This document shows, one piece after another, positions 26,385-34,339 of a stretch of 64,000 nucleotides of DNA; the first letter of the stretch is position 1; each line of letters begins with the position of its first letter. Location: positions 1-64,000 of the IMG/VR virus record IMGVR_UViG_3300028898_000109. One strand, 5' to 3'. The position numbers and the translations under genes were made by a program. Origin of the DNA: a virus. Below the pieces are notes generated by a model that searched no databases, was not told the origin of the DNA, and saw nothing but the letters and a program-made list of their open reading frames with translations.

Positions 26385-26399
26385 TTAGGGGATGTAAAA

Positions 26400-26723
26400 A
26401 TGAATTTAAAATCTTTGAAACTAGGACAGTCAATTGTTGTTAGGGCACTTGCAAATAGATCCAACTACAAAGCTGGACCTGCAAGAGATCATTATAGTAG
26501 CTTAACTTTTACTATTGGAGACTCATTAGTGGAGATGGTTTTTAACGGCAGACAATGGGCGGAAGGTCGTGTACTAGAAGGTGACAAACCCGCTAACTGG
26601 GGTAGTAAAAAATATCAAAGCTACTTATCTGTTAAGGACATTTTATACTGGCTTTCTAAAGATTACGACGACGTAACATTCGAGAGTGCGGAAGATAACG
26701 GTCAAGAAGATGAGGAAGACTAG
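26400..26723 (+). CDS. leader-tagged protein LT12 (MNLKSLKLGQSIVV...)
   Basis: shared tag; the 29 nt around the start are identical to those of LT11. Confidence 0.6.
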   Translation: MNLKSLKLGQSIVVRALANRSNYKAGPARDHYSSLTFTIGDSLVEMVFNGRQWAEGRVLEGDKPANWGSKKYQSYLSVKDILYWLSKDYDDVTFESAEDNGQEDEED

Positions 26724-26758
26724 GCGTAGCGTTCCATAAAGGATATTAGGAGGAAGAC

Positions 26759-27211
26759 GTGAATATAAAAACTTTGAAGCTAGGTCAGTCTTTACTACTA
26801 CGAGCAAAGAAACTACCAGCTATAAGAGTGGGTACTCACGACGGTGTTATCAAAATAAATATGCCTGGCTATGGAAGTGCGGAAGGTTATATTTCCGATA
26901 CTGGATCTTTAGAATACTGGTTTGACGTATATCCTTTAAAACTAGAAGATTTGCCCAGCGAAGTAGCGATCTTGGAGCATATAAAAGTTAATGAAGGAAA
27001 GAAAAATGAGGGTGCCGGATCTAAAATTCTACAAGCCTTTTTGGCTAAAGTCAAATCTCAAGTAGATGCTGTATTTGTTAATGCTAGCCCAATGCATGAA
27101 AACTTATCTTTTTCAGCCTTAAAAAATTTCTATATCAAAAATGGTTTTAAGGTAGTTCCTAAGTGTGAGTTTAGTGACAATGCTTTAATGGTAAAATATT
27201 TCAACAAGTAG
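26759..27211 (+). CDS. leader-tagged protein LT13, GNAT-type acetyltransferase
   Basis: GTG start after AGGAGGAAG; tag NIKTLKLGQSLLL; motif A IKVNEGKKNEGAGSKILQAF and motif B LKNFYIKNGFKV. Confidence 0.55.
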   Translation: MNIKTLKLGQSLLLRAKKLPAIRVGTHDGVIKINMPGYGSAEGYISDTGSLEYWFDVYPLKLEDLPSEVAILEHIKVNEGKKNEGAGSKILQAFLAKVKSQVDAVFVNASPMHENLSFSALKNFYIKNGFKVVPKCEFSDNALMVKYFNK

Positions 27212-27220
27212 AAAGTGAAT

Positions 27221-27529
27221 ATGTTCTCTTTAAAAACTCTAAAGCTAGGTCAATCTGTTTTGCTAATGGCAAAGTACAACCAAATAATGAAACTTTCCTA
27301 TGGAGGTGGCTATATTTGTTACATATTTTTTGATGATAGCAAAGATGTAGCTAAAGCCATCTTCACTGGTCCGGGAAATTTCAAAGCAGGAGAATTTAAG
27401 CTTAATAATTCTCAGTCAGTTCGTTGGTACCCAACTATTTTCCAAGAGTTTAAAGACATACTTGAACAAGTTGGATTTAAGACTACGATTGATAGCCGCG
27501 ATATAAAAGTAGAGGACTTAAGAAAATGA
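27221..27529 (+). CDS. leader-tagged protein LT14 (MFSLKTLKLGQSVLL...)
   Basis: shared tag displaced by 2-4 residues; alternative GTG start at 27215. Confidence 0.55.
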   Translation: MFSLKTLKLGQSVLLMAKYNQIMKLSYGGGYICYIFFDDSKDVAKAIFTGPGNFKAGEFKLNNSQSVRWYPTIFQEFKDILEQVGFKTTIDSRDIKVEDLRK

Positions 27530-27735
27530 AACTATCAAACTTAAAATTGGGAGAAACTGTTATAATCTCTGTTCTGAGAAAGTGTGCTGAGGATGACACG
27601 AAACCAGGGAGAGCCTGGTGCGTATACAAGGAAGGACATCCTGCTGATAAACAGCCTAAGGGTTGGCCTAAGACTTATGAGACTAAAGAAGATGCTGCTC
27701 ACGGCATAAAAATGATGAAGACATTCGGAAAATAA
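27526..27735 (+). CDS. leader-tagged protein LT15 (MKLSNLKLGETVII...)
   Basis: ATGA overlap with upstream stop; 69 aa. Confidence 0.55.
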   Translation: MKLSNLKLGETVIISVLRKCAEDDTKPGRAWCVYKEGHPADKQPKGWPKTYETKEDAAHGIKMMKTFGK

Positions 27736-27767
27736 TCAATCTTGTAAAATATAAAAAAGGTATTATC

Positions 27768-28199
27768 ATGGAAAACGTACAAGAAGCAAAAAAGGTAGCA
27801 TTAAGTTTAATTTCTGCTGGTAGAGTTGATTTGGCGAGAGAAGTGCATAAGGTAATTGCTTTTGATACTAGATTCTCTCTATTGCAGCCCGCAGTGAAAG
27901 CTATCTATTTACTAGAGATCCCTATTCATGACTTCAATTTTGAAGTTGTGTACCCTGACGATAAGCGCAAGATTTTATCAGATGAGGGAATAGTTGAAAT
28001 ACTAAAAGCTGAAAAAATTCATTGTGAAAAGATAATTGAACAAGCTAATGCAGCTAAAGAACAATTAAAACGTGTTGGTAGATTTGCCAAAGTTTCAGAC
28101 TTAATACTAGATCCAGAAGTAAAAGAAGTAATAAAATTAGCCCCTGAAGTAGAGGACATTTTACTTGACGTTACATTACCAGAAGAGGAAGCAAACTAA
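27768..28199 (+). CDS. hypothetical protein
   Basis: 143-codon ORF. Confidence 0.5.
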   Translation: MENVQEAKKVALSLISAGRVDLAREVHKVIAFDTRFSLLQPAVKAIYLLEIPIHDFNFEVVYPDDKRKILSDEGIVEILKAEKIHCEKIIEQANAAKEQLKRVGRFAKVSDLILDPEVKEVIKLAPEVEDILLDVTLPEEEAN

Positions 28200-29443
28200 T
28201 GTTTCTTTCATTAGCAATAAAAGATAGTGAAGTTAAACCCATTTGCATAGTTGATAATCAAACTGCTGCTGTGCAAACTGTAAGATCCTACAAATGGTCT
28301 CAGTTCCATACTTTCGTCTTTCAAGGAGAGTACCCAAAACTTAAAGAGTTCCTTCAAAAACTTAAAAACGAAGCTATGTTTTTGAATGGACTTAATGAAG
28401 AACAGCTAACTACTCGTATTAAAAAAGACGCAGTAGAAGGGTCCCTAGTTTTACTTATGGAAGATTTAGCTCATAGTTTTTCTCCTATTGGGGAGGATAA
28501 AGTAGTAGACAAATTAGTAGAAAGTGGTTTTGACGCTAAGAATGCTTTAAAAATAATTTCTAGTATCGTTGACCACAAAAAAGAATTTTTTAAGATTGAT
28601 AATTTACGTATTGGTTACGTTGAAGGTGTCTTAGGTACGTATGTTGTTGCCGCTGTAAAAAGATATAGAAAGCCTGGAGTCGAAACTTACCCCAATTTTA
28701 TTACTGACAGGGGTAAAAAAGTTTGGCAATATACTTTTAAAAATTATAAGACAGATCCTCTAATGGTAAAGTTGCGAGAAAAATTGCTAGACCCTGCTTT
28801 GGCTACACTAGCCTTGAATAATAGAGAAGAGTATTGTCAAAAGCATAATGAGATAGTCCAAAAAATGTGGTATTTTTTCATTAATAGATATACTGCTATT
28901 TGTTCCGAAAATAGAGTAATGCCCTTTGATGAGAGATCCGCTAACTCTTTTAACTCTGATAGATCTCTAGCTATTAAAAATTTACGATCAAAAGTAGTTG
29001 AGGGTAATGAATTAGCTGACAAGGCAATCAATGAAGTTGAGAATAGATTAGAAAACAATGCACTTATAAAGTCTTTTGGCCCTGAAACATTTTACCGAGT
29101 TAGTAAATCTAACTACGGGTATACTATAACTTCTCGTCGTATTGTTAAACTTGCTGAGGATATCCATTACCGGGATATTATAAAATTCTTAGGTGATAAG
29201 CTTGCTTGGTCTACTAAAAAGGGAAGTTTAGCTTGCTATAAGCAAATTGACTCCCTAACTATTGCTTACTTTGGTTTCGATTCAGACACCAATGTTTTTT
29301 GCGTTTACACAGATGCCTGCTTAACACCATCCCAAGCTAATCTTCTAGTTGAGGAGCATACGCTAAAAGATGATGATTTATTGCAAAAATTAAAAAGAAT
29401 TTCATTAGACTGGTTTTCTACTGGGAGATTAAAATTTGCCTGA
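28199..29443 (+). CDS. hypothetical protein
   Basis: 414-codon ORF, TAATG overlap with upstream gene. Confidence 0.55.
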   Translation: MFLSLAIKDSEVKPICIVDNQTAAVQTVRSYKWSQFHTFVFQGEYPKLKEFLQKLKNEAMFLNGLNEEQLTTRIKKDAVEGSLVLLMEDLAHSFSPIGEDKVVDKLVESGFDAKNALKIISSIVDHKKEFFKIDNLRIGYVEGVLGTYVVAAVKRYRKPGVETYPNFITDRGKKVWQYTFKNYKTDPLMVKLREKLLDPALATLALNNREEYCQKHNEIVQKMWYFFINRYTAICSENRVMPFDERSANSFNSDRSLAIKNLRSKVVEGNELADKAINEVENRLENNALIKSFGPETFYRVSKSNYGYTITSRRIVKLAEDIHYRDIIKFLGDKLAWSTKKGSLACYKQIDSLTIAYFGFDSDTNVFCVYTDACLTPSQANLLVEEHTLKDDDLLQKLKRISLDWFSTGRLKFA

Positions 29444-30056
29444 TCTAGAATCCTCTTTAGCTAGACGTTTACGGGATGGTGACGATACAGTAGTTGCTGA
29501 AATTTTTAGTCACTTTAAAAATTATATACTAAAACTGTCTACCTACTACTTTAGAAGTAACCAATATAGTGACGATGTATGCCAAAGAGTTGCTATAAAA
29601 ATAATTAAACTAGTTGGAAAATTTAGATTCGACTGTTCCCTTAAAACATACATTTACCGTATGACTATGTCAGAATGCTGTAATGTTAGAATGCAAAATA
29701 GGGCTCATCGCGTATCTAGGCATGACCAATTCGAGGATGACAACCACGAGTCAGATCAAATCACTCAAGAAGAAACCCTTGCTTATAATAGGGATGTTGA
29801 ACTATTACGAATAATTATTGATAATTTGCCCACAATGCAAAAAGTTGTGGTGTCTAAAGTTATTTACGAAAATAAAACCTTGCCAGAAGTATCAAAAGAG
29901 TTGGCAGCAAATTTAGAAACTACAAAAGCAAATTATCATCACGGAATAATTAGGGTTAAAAAATTATTCCTAGATTACTATGATGAAAGTTTGCACACTC
30001 TATCTACTTTAGGTTTAGTTAAACGCATTCCTTTTAAAAAAGCCACAATTCATTAG
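29436..30056 (+). CDS. sigma-70 family (ECF-like) RNA polymerase sigma factor
   Basis: region-2-like DDVCQRVAIKIIKLVGKFRFDCSLKTYIYRMTMSECCNVRMQNR and region-4-like LPEVSKELAANLETTKANYHHGIIRVKKL; TTG start. Confidence 0.6.
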   Translation: MPDLESSLARRLRDGDDTVVAEIFSHFKNYILKLSTYYFRSNQYSDDVCQRVAIKIIKLVGKFRFDCSLKTYIYRMTMSECCNVRMQNRAHRVSRHDQFEDDNHESDQITQEETLAYNRDVELLRIIIDNLPTMQKVVVSKVIYENKTLPEVSKELAANLETTKANYHHGIIRVKKLFLDYYDESLHTLSTLGLVKRIPFKKATIH

Positions 30057-30064
30057 GATATAAA

Positions 30065-31147
30065 ATGTCAGAAGAACTAGTTAAAAATCCAAACCCTGAC
30101 GGACGTAAAGATAAAGTTACAGTTGAATATGCAGACCAATGGTTACGAGATAATGGTAAATCTCCCGCTGTACAACACAATTACAGAGAAGTGCCAGGCG
30201 GAATACTATTAAATAAACCACTATCCAAGGATGAGTACATAAAAAAGACTTCCACACTATTTTTCAAGGGGGATGCTAATGCTCCTAAGCTTGGATCGAA
30301 GTTTTCTTTCTTTACTGACGCTAAAGGAAAGGTGCATGTATTTCAGCAAACTTTTGATAAAGAGGAGTTTGACGCTGGAGCTACAAATTTAGGAAGAGCA
30401 AACGACATTAAACATCTTGGAACTTTCTCTGATATAGTATCCGTTAAAGATTACTTGCATGGATTAAAAAATGGTAAAGTAGCTATGGCTGCATCCTTAA
30501 GTAATTTGCGCTTGGGAGAAACTTTAAGTCTGACAGCTTCCCTACCGGATGATAATTACTTTGATGAGTACGGTGGTAAAGGTGGGTATGAAAAAAACTA
30601 TAAGCGTTATGGTTTTGACCTAAAAGCAATACTCACAGATTACAAAAGAAATGATTTACTACCAAAAACTCTATTAGAAGCTGGGTGTGCTTATGGCTAT
30701 GGAGTTTCTGACTTTCGTAAATCTGGAATAAAAGCTTACGGCATTGAATTGAATGACTACGCCGCTAATCATACACCTGAAGAAGTATCAAGATACTGCA
30801 AAGTATTAGATATTCGCTGTATATCAAAATTTAAACCGGGATCATTTCAAAGCATTTTTTCCAATGCACTAATGTACCTTTCTGAATCTGAGATTGAAAC
30901 TTTCTTAGTTGATTGCCACAAAGTTGCTAGCCAAAGTCTTTACCTAGTCAATCCTTTCTCTGATTATCCTGAAACTGTACCGGAAGATCCATTCAGGGAA
31001 ACATTAAAGCCTAGGAGTTGGTGGATTAATACATGTGGTAGATTAGGTTGGGAATATTGTAAGGGAACAAATTCACTATTTAGAAAAGTAAGTAATGAAT
31101 TGGACTATACCCAAGCACCACAAAGAGGAGCACCCATAGTCCTTTAA
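30065..31147 (+). CDS. two-part protein: unknown N-terminal 140 aa, then an internal leader-like motif plus a class I SAM methyltransferase domain
   Basis: internal M141 at nt 30485: MAASLSNLRLGETLSL; LLEAGCAYGYGVSDF (motif I), FSNALMYLSESE. Confidence 0.55.
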   Translation: MSEELVKNPNPDGRKDKVTVEYADQWLRDNGKSPAVQHNYREVPGGILLNKPLSKDEYIKKTSTLFFKGDANAPKLGSKFSFFTDAKGKVHVFQQTFDKEEFDAGATNLGRANDIKHLGTFSDIVSVKDYLHGLKNGKVAMAASLSNLRLGETLSLTASLPDDNYFDEYGGKGGYEKNYKRYGFDLKAILTDYKRNDLLPKTLLEAGCAYGYGVSDFRKSGIKAYGIELNDYAANHTPEEVSRYCKVLDIRCISKFKPGSFQSIFSNALMYLSESEIETFLVDCHKVASQSLYLVNPFSDYPETVPEDPFRETLKPRSWWINTCGRLGWEYCKGTNSLFRKVSNELDYTQAPQRGAPIVL

Positions 31148-31193
31148 GAGTATTATCAGTCCAAAATCTGATTTAACATTAGAGGGCTAATAA

Positions 31194-31754
31194 ATGACCC
31201 CTGAGCAGTTTGACTACTTACGAAAATTAGCATTTTCTACATCCTCCAAAATACCAAAAATGCACGGCATGACATTAGATGATTATGTATCAATTTGCCT
31301 ATATGCTGGCTATGAGGCACTTAATAACTTTGATCCTTCAAAAGGTGCTGCTTTAAAAACTCATGTAATAAATAATATGCGTTGGGCAATATTCAATGAG
31401 GCTAGAAGAGTTAATCCTTTAACTAAGTACCAAGTGGCCACTAACCTCGATCAAAGTTTACACGCAGATATGTTCTACTTGGAAAAAAATGATCGCTCAT
31501 TTGAATCTAGAATGTGCAAAAAACTACTGTTTGAAAAATTCCAAAATAAAATTAATAAAATGACTACTATAACAGACAAAGCTAAAGTAATAATTCAGCA
31601 ATGGAGTAATGGTAGAACAACAGATGATATAGCAATTGACATGAAGTTGAGTGGTGCTAGAGTTGGACAAATACTTAATGATGCCTTAGAAAAAATAAAT
31701 AAAACATTATCAGTTTCGGAGAAAAATATATACATACAAATTTTGAATGACTAA
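31194..31754 (+). CDS. sigma-70 family RNA polymerase sigma factor
   Basis: YVSICLYAGYEALNNFDPSKGAALKTHVINNMRWAIFNEARR (region 2) and DIAIDMKLSGARVGQILNDALEKINK (region 4 HTH). Confidence 0.6.
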   Translation: MTPEQFDYLRKLAFSTSSKIPKMHGMTLDDYVSICLYAGYEALNNFDPSKGAALKTHVINNMRWAIFNEARRVNPLTKYQVATNLDQSLHADMFYLEKNDRSFESRMCKKLLFEKFQNKINKMTTITDKAKVIIQQWSNGRTTDDIAIDMKLSGARVGQILNDALEKINKTLSVSEKNIYIQILND

Positions 31755-31825
31755 GGAGGTTTAAACTTTCAGTATTTCCAGTTTTTATCTTAAAGTATTA
31801 TTACTTTTAAAACTAGGAGATTATA

Positions 31826-33103
31826 ATGAGTGGAAATTCTTGGTCTACGAGCGAGTTTAAGTTCCTACTAGAATGTTTAGCGGAATCTAAGTCAGTTACA
31901 GAAGCACTAACTAAATTCAATCAAAAATATAATAGAACCATGGATTCTGTCAGAAAGAAGTTTACCAGTGAAAACAGGGGAGCTATTTCTAAATATTTAG
32001 GTTTGGCTAATTTCGATGCTGATAAATACCATGAGATCGTAAAAGACGAGAATCAAAAAAGACTCCTAGAAGAAGTAGAGATGAGAGAGCTTCGGGAGCT
32101 TAAGAAAAAACAAACAGTCATTGACATCATTTTGGATAGACTCAGTGCAGAGATAATACGTCTACCAAAACCCACCATAATTAAGCCAGGTGCCTACAAA
32201 GTAAAAAATGCTAGAGTTATTGAGGATTTAGTAGCTCCTGTTTCAGATGTTCAAATTGGGGAATTTGTTGACCCTGTTGATGTTGCTGGCTTAGGTACTT
32301 ACTCTGTTGATATTTTTAAAAGACGAGTTACTATCTGGAAAGAATACCTAATCAAAGTAATTGAGCATAGGGTAAGCACAAATAACCTACAAAAAATTCA
32401 TATTCCTTTTATTGGGGATATTGTTGAAGGTATGGATATTTTTCCAAGTCAAGCTTATCATTTAGATCATGGATTGGTTAAGCAAGTTGTTCATGGAGCA
32501 TTTATTTTCTCGGAGGCAATCGCTGAAATATCCAACCATTTCAAGAATGTTATTCCAATTGAAATTGAGCATGTAGGTGGAAATCATGGCAGGATAGGAA
32601 GAAAAGGTGCCACTCCTTACAAAGATAACTGGGATAGAGTTCTTGGTTATTTTATGAAATTACACCTAGAGAAGTACCCTAATATTCATGTGGAAATTCC
32701 AGAGACTTGGTTTACTCTTAAATCAATTCATGGTTGGAACTTCCATTTTAGTCATGGAGATGATATTAATAGTTGGATGGGTATCCCTGCTTATGGTATG
32801 CTTAGAGCGCATTCTCGCGAATCCGTTATGTTATCAACACCCCTTCATTACTATCAAATAGGTCATCATCATACAATGACCACTATTCAAAATGGTTATG
32901 GGGAAGTTCTATGTAATGGAAACTGGGTAGGGGGTAATGAGTTTTCTAGCAAAATAATAAAATCAAGCAACAGACCTTGTCAATTACTTTATACCGTGAA
33001 CGCTCACTATGGTATTGAGGATAGATTTGTTGTGTATTTTGAGAACAGAGAAACTTACACGGGCAGAATAACGGAGAGCTTGCACAAACTTGGTTTGAAA
33101 TAG
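31826..33103 (+). CDS. calcineurin-like metallophosphoesterase with SANT/Myb-like N-terminus
   Basis: VSDVQIG, GDIVEG, GGNHGR, FSHGDD, GHHH in the order expected for metallophosphoesterases. Confidence 0.6.
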   Translation: MSGNSWSTSEFKFLLECLAESKSVTEALTKFNQKYNRTMDSVRKKFTSENRGAISKYLGLANFDADKYHEIVKDENQKRLLEEVEMRELRELKKKQTVIDIILDRLSAEIIRLPKPTIIKPGAYKVKNARVIEDLVAPVSDVQIGEFVDPVDVAGLGTYSVDIFKRRVTIWKEYLIKVIEHRVSTNNLQKIHIPFIGDIVEGMDIFPSQAYHLDHGLVKQVVHGAFIFSEAIAEISNHFKNVIPIEIEHVGGNHGRIGRKGATPYKDNWDRVLGYFMKLHLEKYPNIHVEIPETWFTLKSIHGWNFHFSHGDDINSWMGIPAYGMLRAHSRESVMLSTPLHYYQIGHHHTMTTIQNGYGEVLCNGNWVGGNEFSSKIIKSSNRPCQLLYTVNAHYGIEDRFVVYFENRETYTGRITESLHKLGLK

Positions 33104-33112
33104 GGGCAAGCC

Positions 33113-33427
33113 ATGATAATACCCGATAAAGTAATAGTTAAGGGTAAGTCAGTGCAAGTTAATATAGAAGTCAATGACCATTGGGGCGATGCCTTTTTAG
33201 ATCATAGAGAAGATGTTCGGGAAATTGTGATTAGAGAGACTTTATCCGAAAAGAATAAAATCATAACTCTAATTCATGAAATTCTACACTTCTTAGATTT
33301 CGACTATAAATTGAAACTGACTCACGCTCAAATTTATGACCTTGAAAAGCCCATTTATAACTTTATCATTCAAAACAAACAATGGCTACTTCCCTTAGTA
33401 AAGGATATACTAGAGAAAAAGAAGTAG
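33113..33427 (+). CDS. small HExxH-motif protein (possible zinc metallopeptidase-like)
   Basis: LIHEILHFLDF; 104 aa. Confidence 0.35.
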   Translation: MIIPDKVIVKGKSVQVNIEVNDHWGDAFLDHREDVREIVIRETLSEKNKIITLIHEILHFLDFDYKLKLTHAQIYDLEKPIYNFIIQNKQWLLPLVKDILEKKK

Positions 33428-33577
33428 CTAGTTCTTGTCTTTGTTATCCTGTGCAGGAGGTTGGGTAGCTTCATTGCTATCCACCGCCTTTTCTTTTTTA
33501 GCTGGCCATTTCTTAATCCAGATAACCGTTGGCATAGGTTTGATCTTTTTTGTTCTTTTTACTACACAATCTTGCAT
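33428..33577 (-). CDS. small basic protein (49 aa, below ORF-track cutoff)
   Basis: hand translation MQDCVVKRTKKIKPMPTVIWIKKWPAKKEKAVDSNEATQPPAQDNKDKN; its stop abuts the stop of 33113..33427. Confidence 0.3.
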   Translation of the reverse strand: MQDCVVKRTKKIKPMPTVIWIKKWPAKKEKAVDSNEATQPPAQDNKDKN

Positions 33578-33603
33578 ACGCTTACTCTAACCTTTATATT
33601 GTT

Positions 33604-34299
33604 TTAGTCTTTTATTTCTTCTAGAGCCGCAAAATCAATATCATCTTCCACAGAGAAACTTTCAGCCAATTGGTCTAGTTCTTCTCCGAAGTTTTTTTGT
33701 TCAATATCAATCTCACTGCTCAAACTTTTAAGTATGTCTAATCTATTCTTGCTTTTTTCTTTTGGTACAGGATCACTTTTACTCATTATTTCTTTTGGTA
33801 ATGTTTGCACTAATAGCGGACCAGTCTCCACAGGTGGCTTACTTTGTACTCGTCTTCCCAAAGCTGTAAAGCCATGAGCGTTAAATTTCCTCAAGGCATA
33901 TGTTTTACCTACCCCTAAGTTTTTAGCTATCTTCCCTATAGATAGACCTTTCTCAAAATATTCCTTCTCGAAATATTCCTTGGTTATATCAGGGCTTTTA
34001 TTGCGTAAATTTGTTCTGGGTATATTATGATTTTTAAGAATCCTGCCCAAACATCCATCAGACACCCCATACATCTCAAAAATGTCTTTAGGCATTTTTC
34101 CTTGTAAGTAGGCATCAATAACTTTTTGATCCCTCTCCTGCATATCACTAGGTATAACTCTAACTCTTTTCCTTGTGGTTTCTTTTTCTGCCAAGGAATC
34201 AAAAAAGGAAATAACTTTTGGGTTGCTTATGTTAATAGAGTCTGCTAGGAGGTTTCTTACTTCCTCGACTCTGAACCGATCAATTTTCTGCTCTGTCAT
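33604..34299 (-). CDS. DNA-binding protein with two HTH motifs
   Basis: PKDIFEMYGVSDGCLGRILKNH and LSIGKIAKNLGVGKTYALRKF, similar to the HTH units of 16768..18795. Confidence 0.45.
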   Translation of the reverse strand: MTEQKIDRFRVEEVRNLLADSINISNPKVISFFDSLAEKETTRKRVRVIPSDMQERDQKVIDAYLQGKMPKDIFEMYGVSDGCLGRILKNHNIPRTNLRNKSPDITKEYFEKEYFEKGLSIGKIAKNLGVGKTYALRKFNAHGFTALGRRVQSKPPVETGPLLVQTLPKEIMSKSDPVPKEKSKNRLDILKSLSSEIDIEQKNFGEELDQLAESFSVEDDIDFAALEEIKD

Positions 34300-34339
34300 A
34301 TATTCCTCAAAATAATGTTTTTCTCAATTATATTTTACA

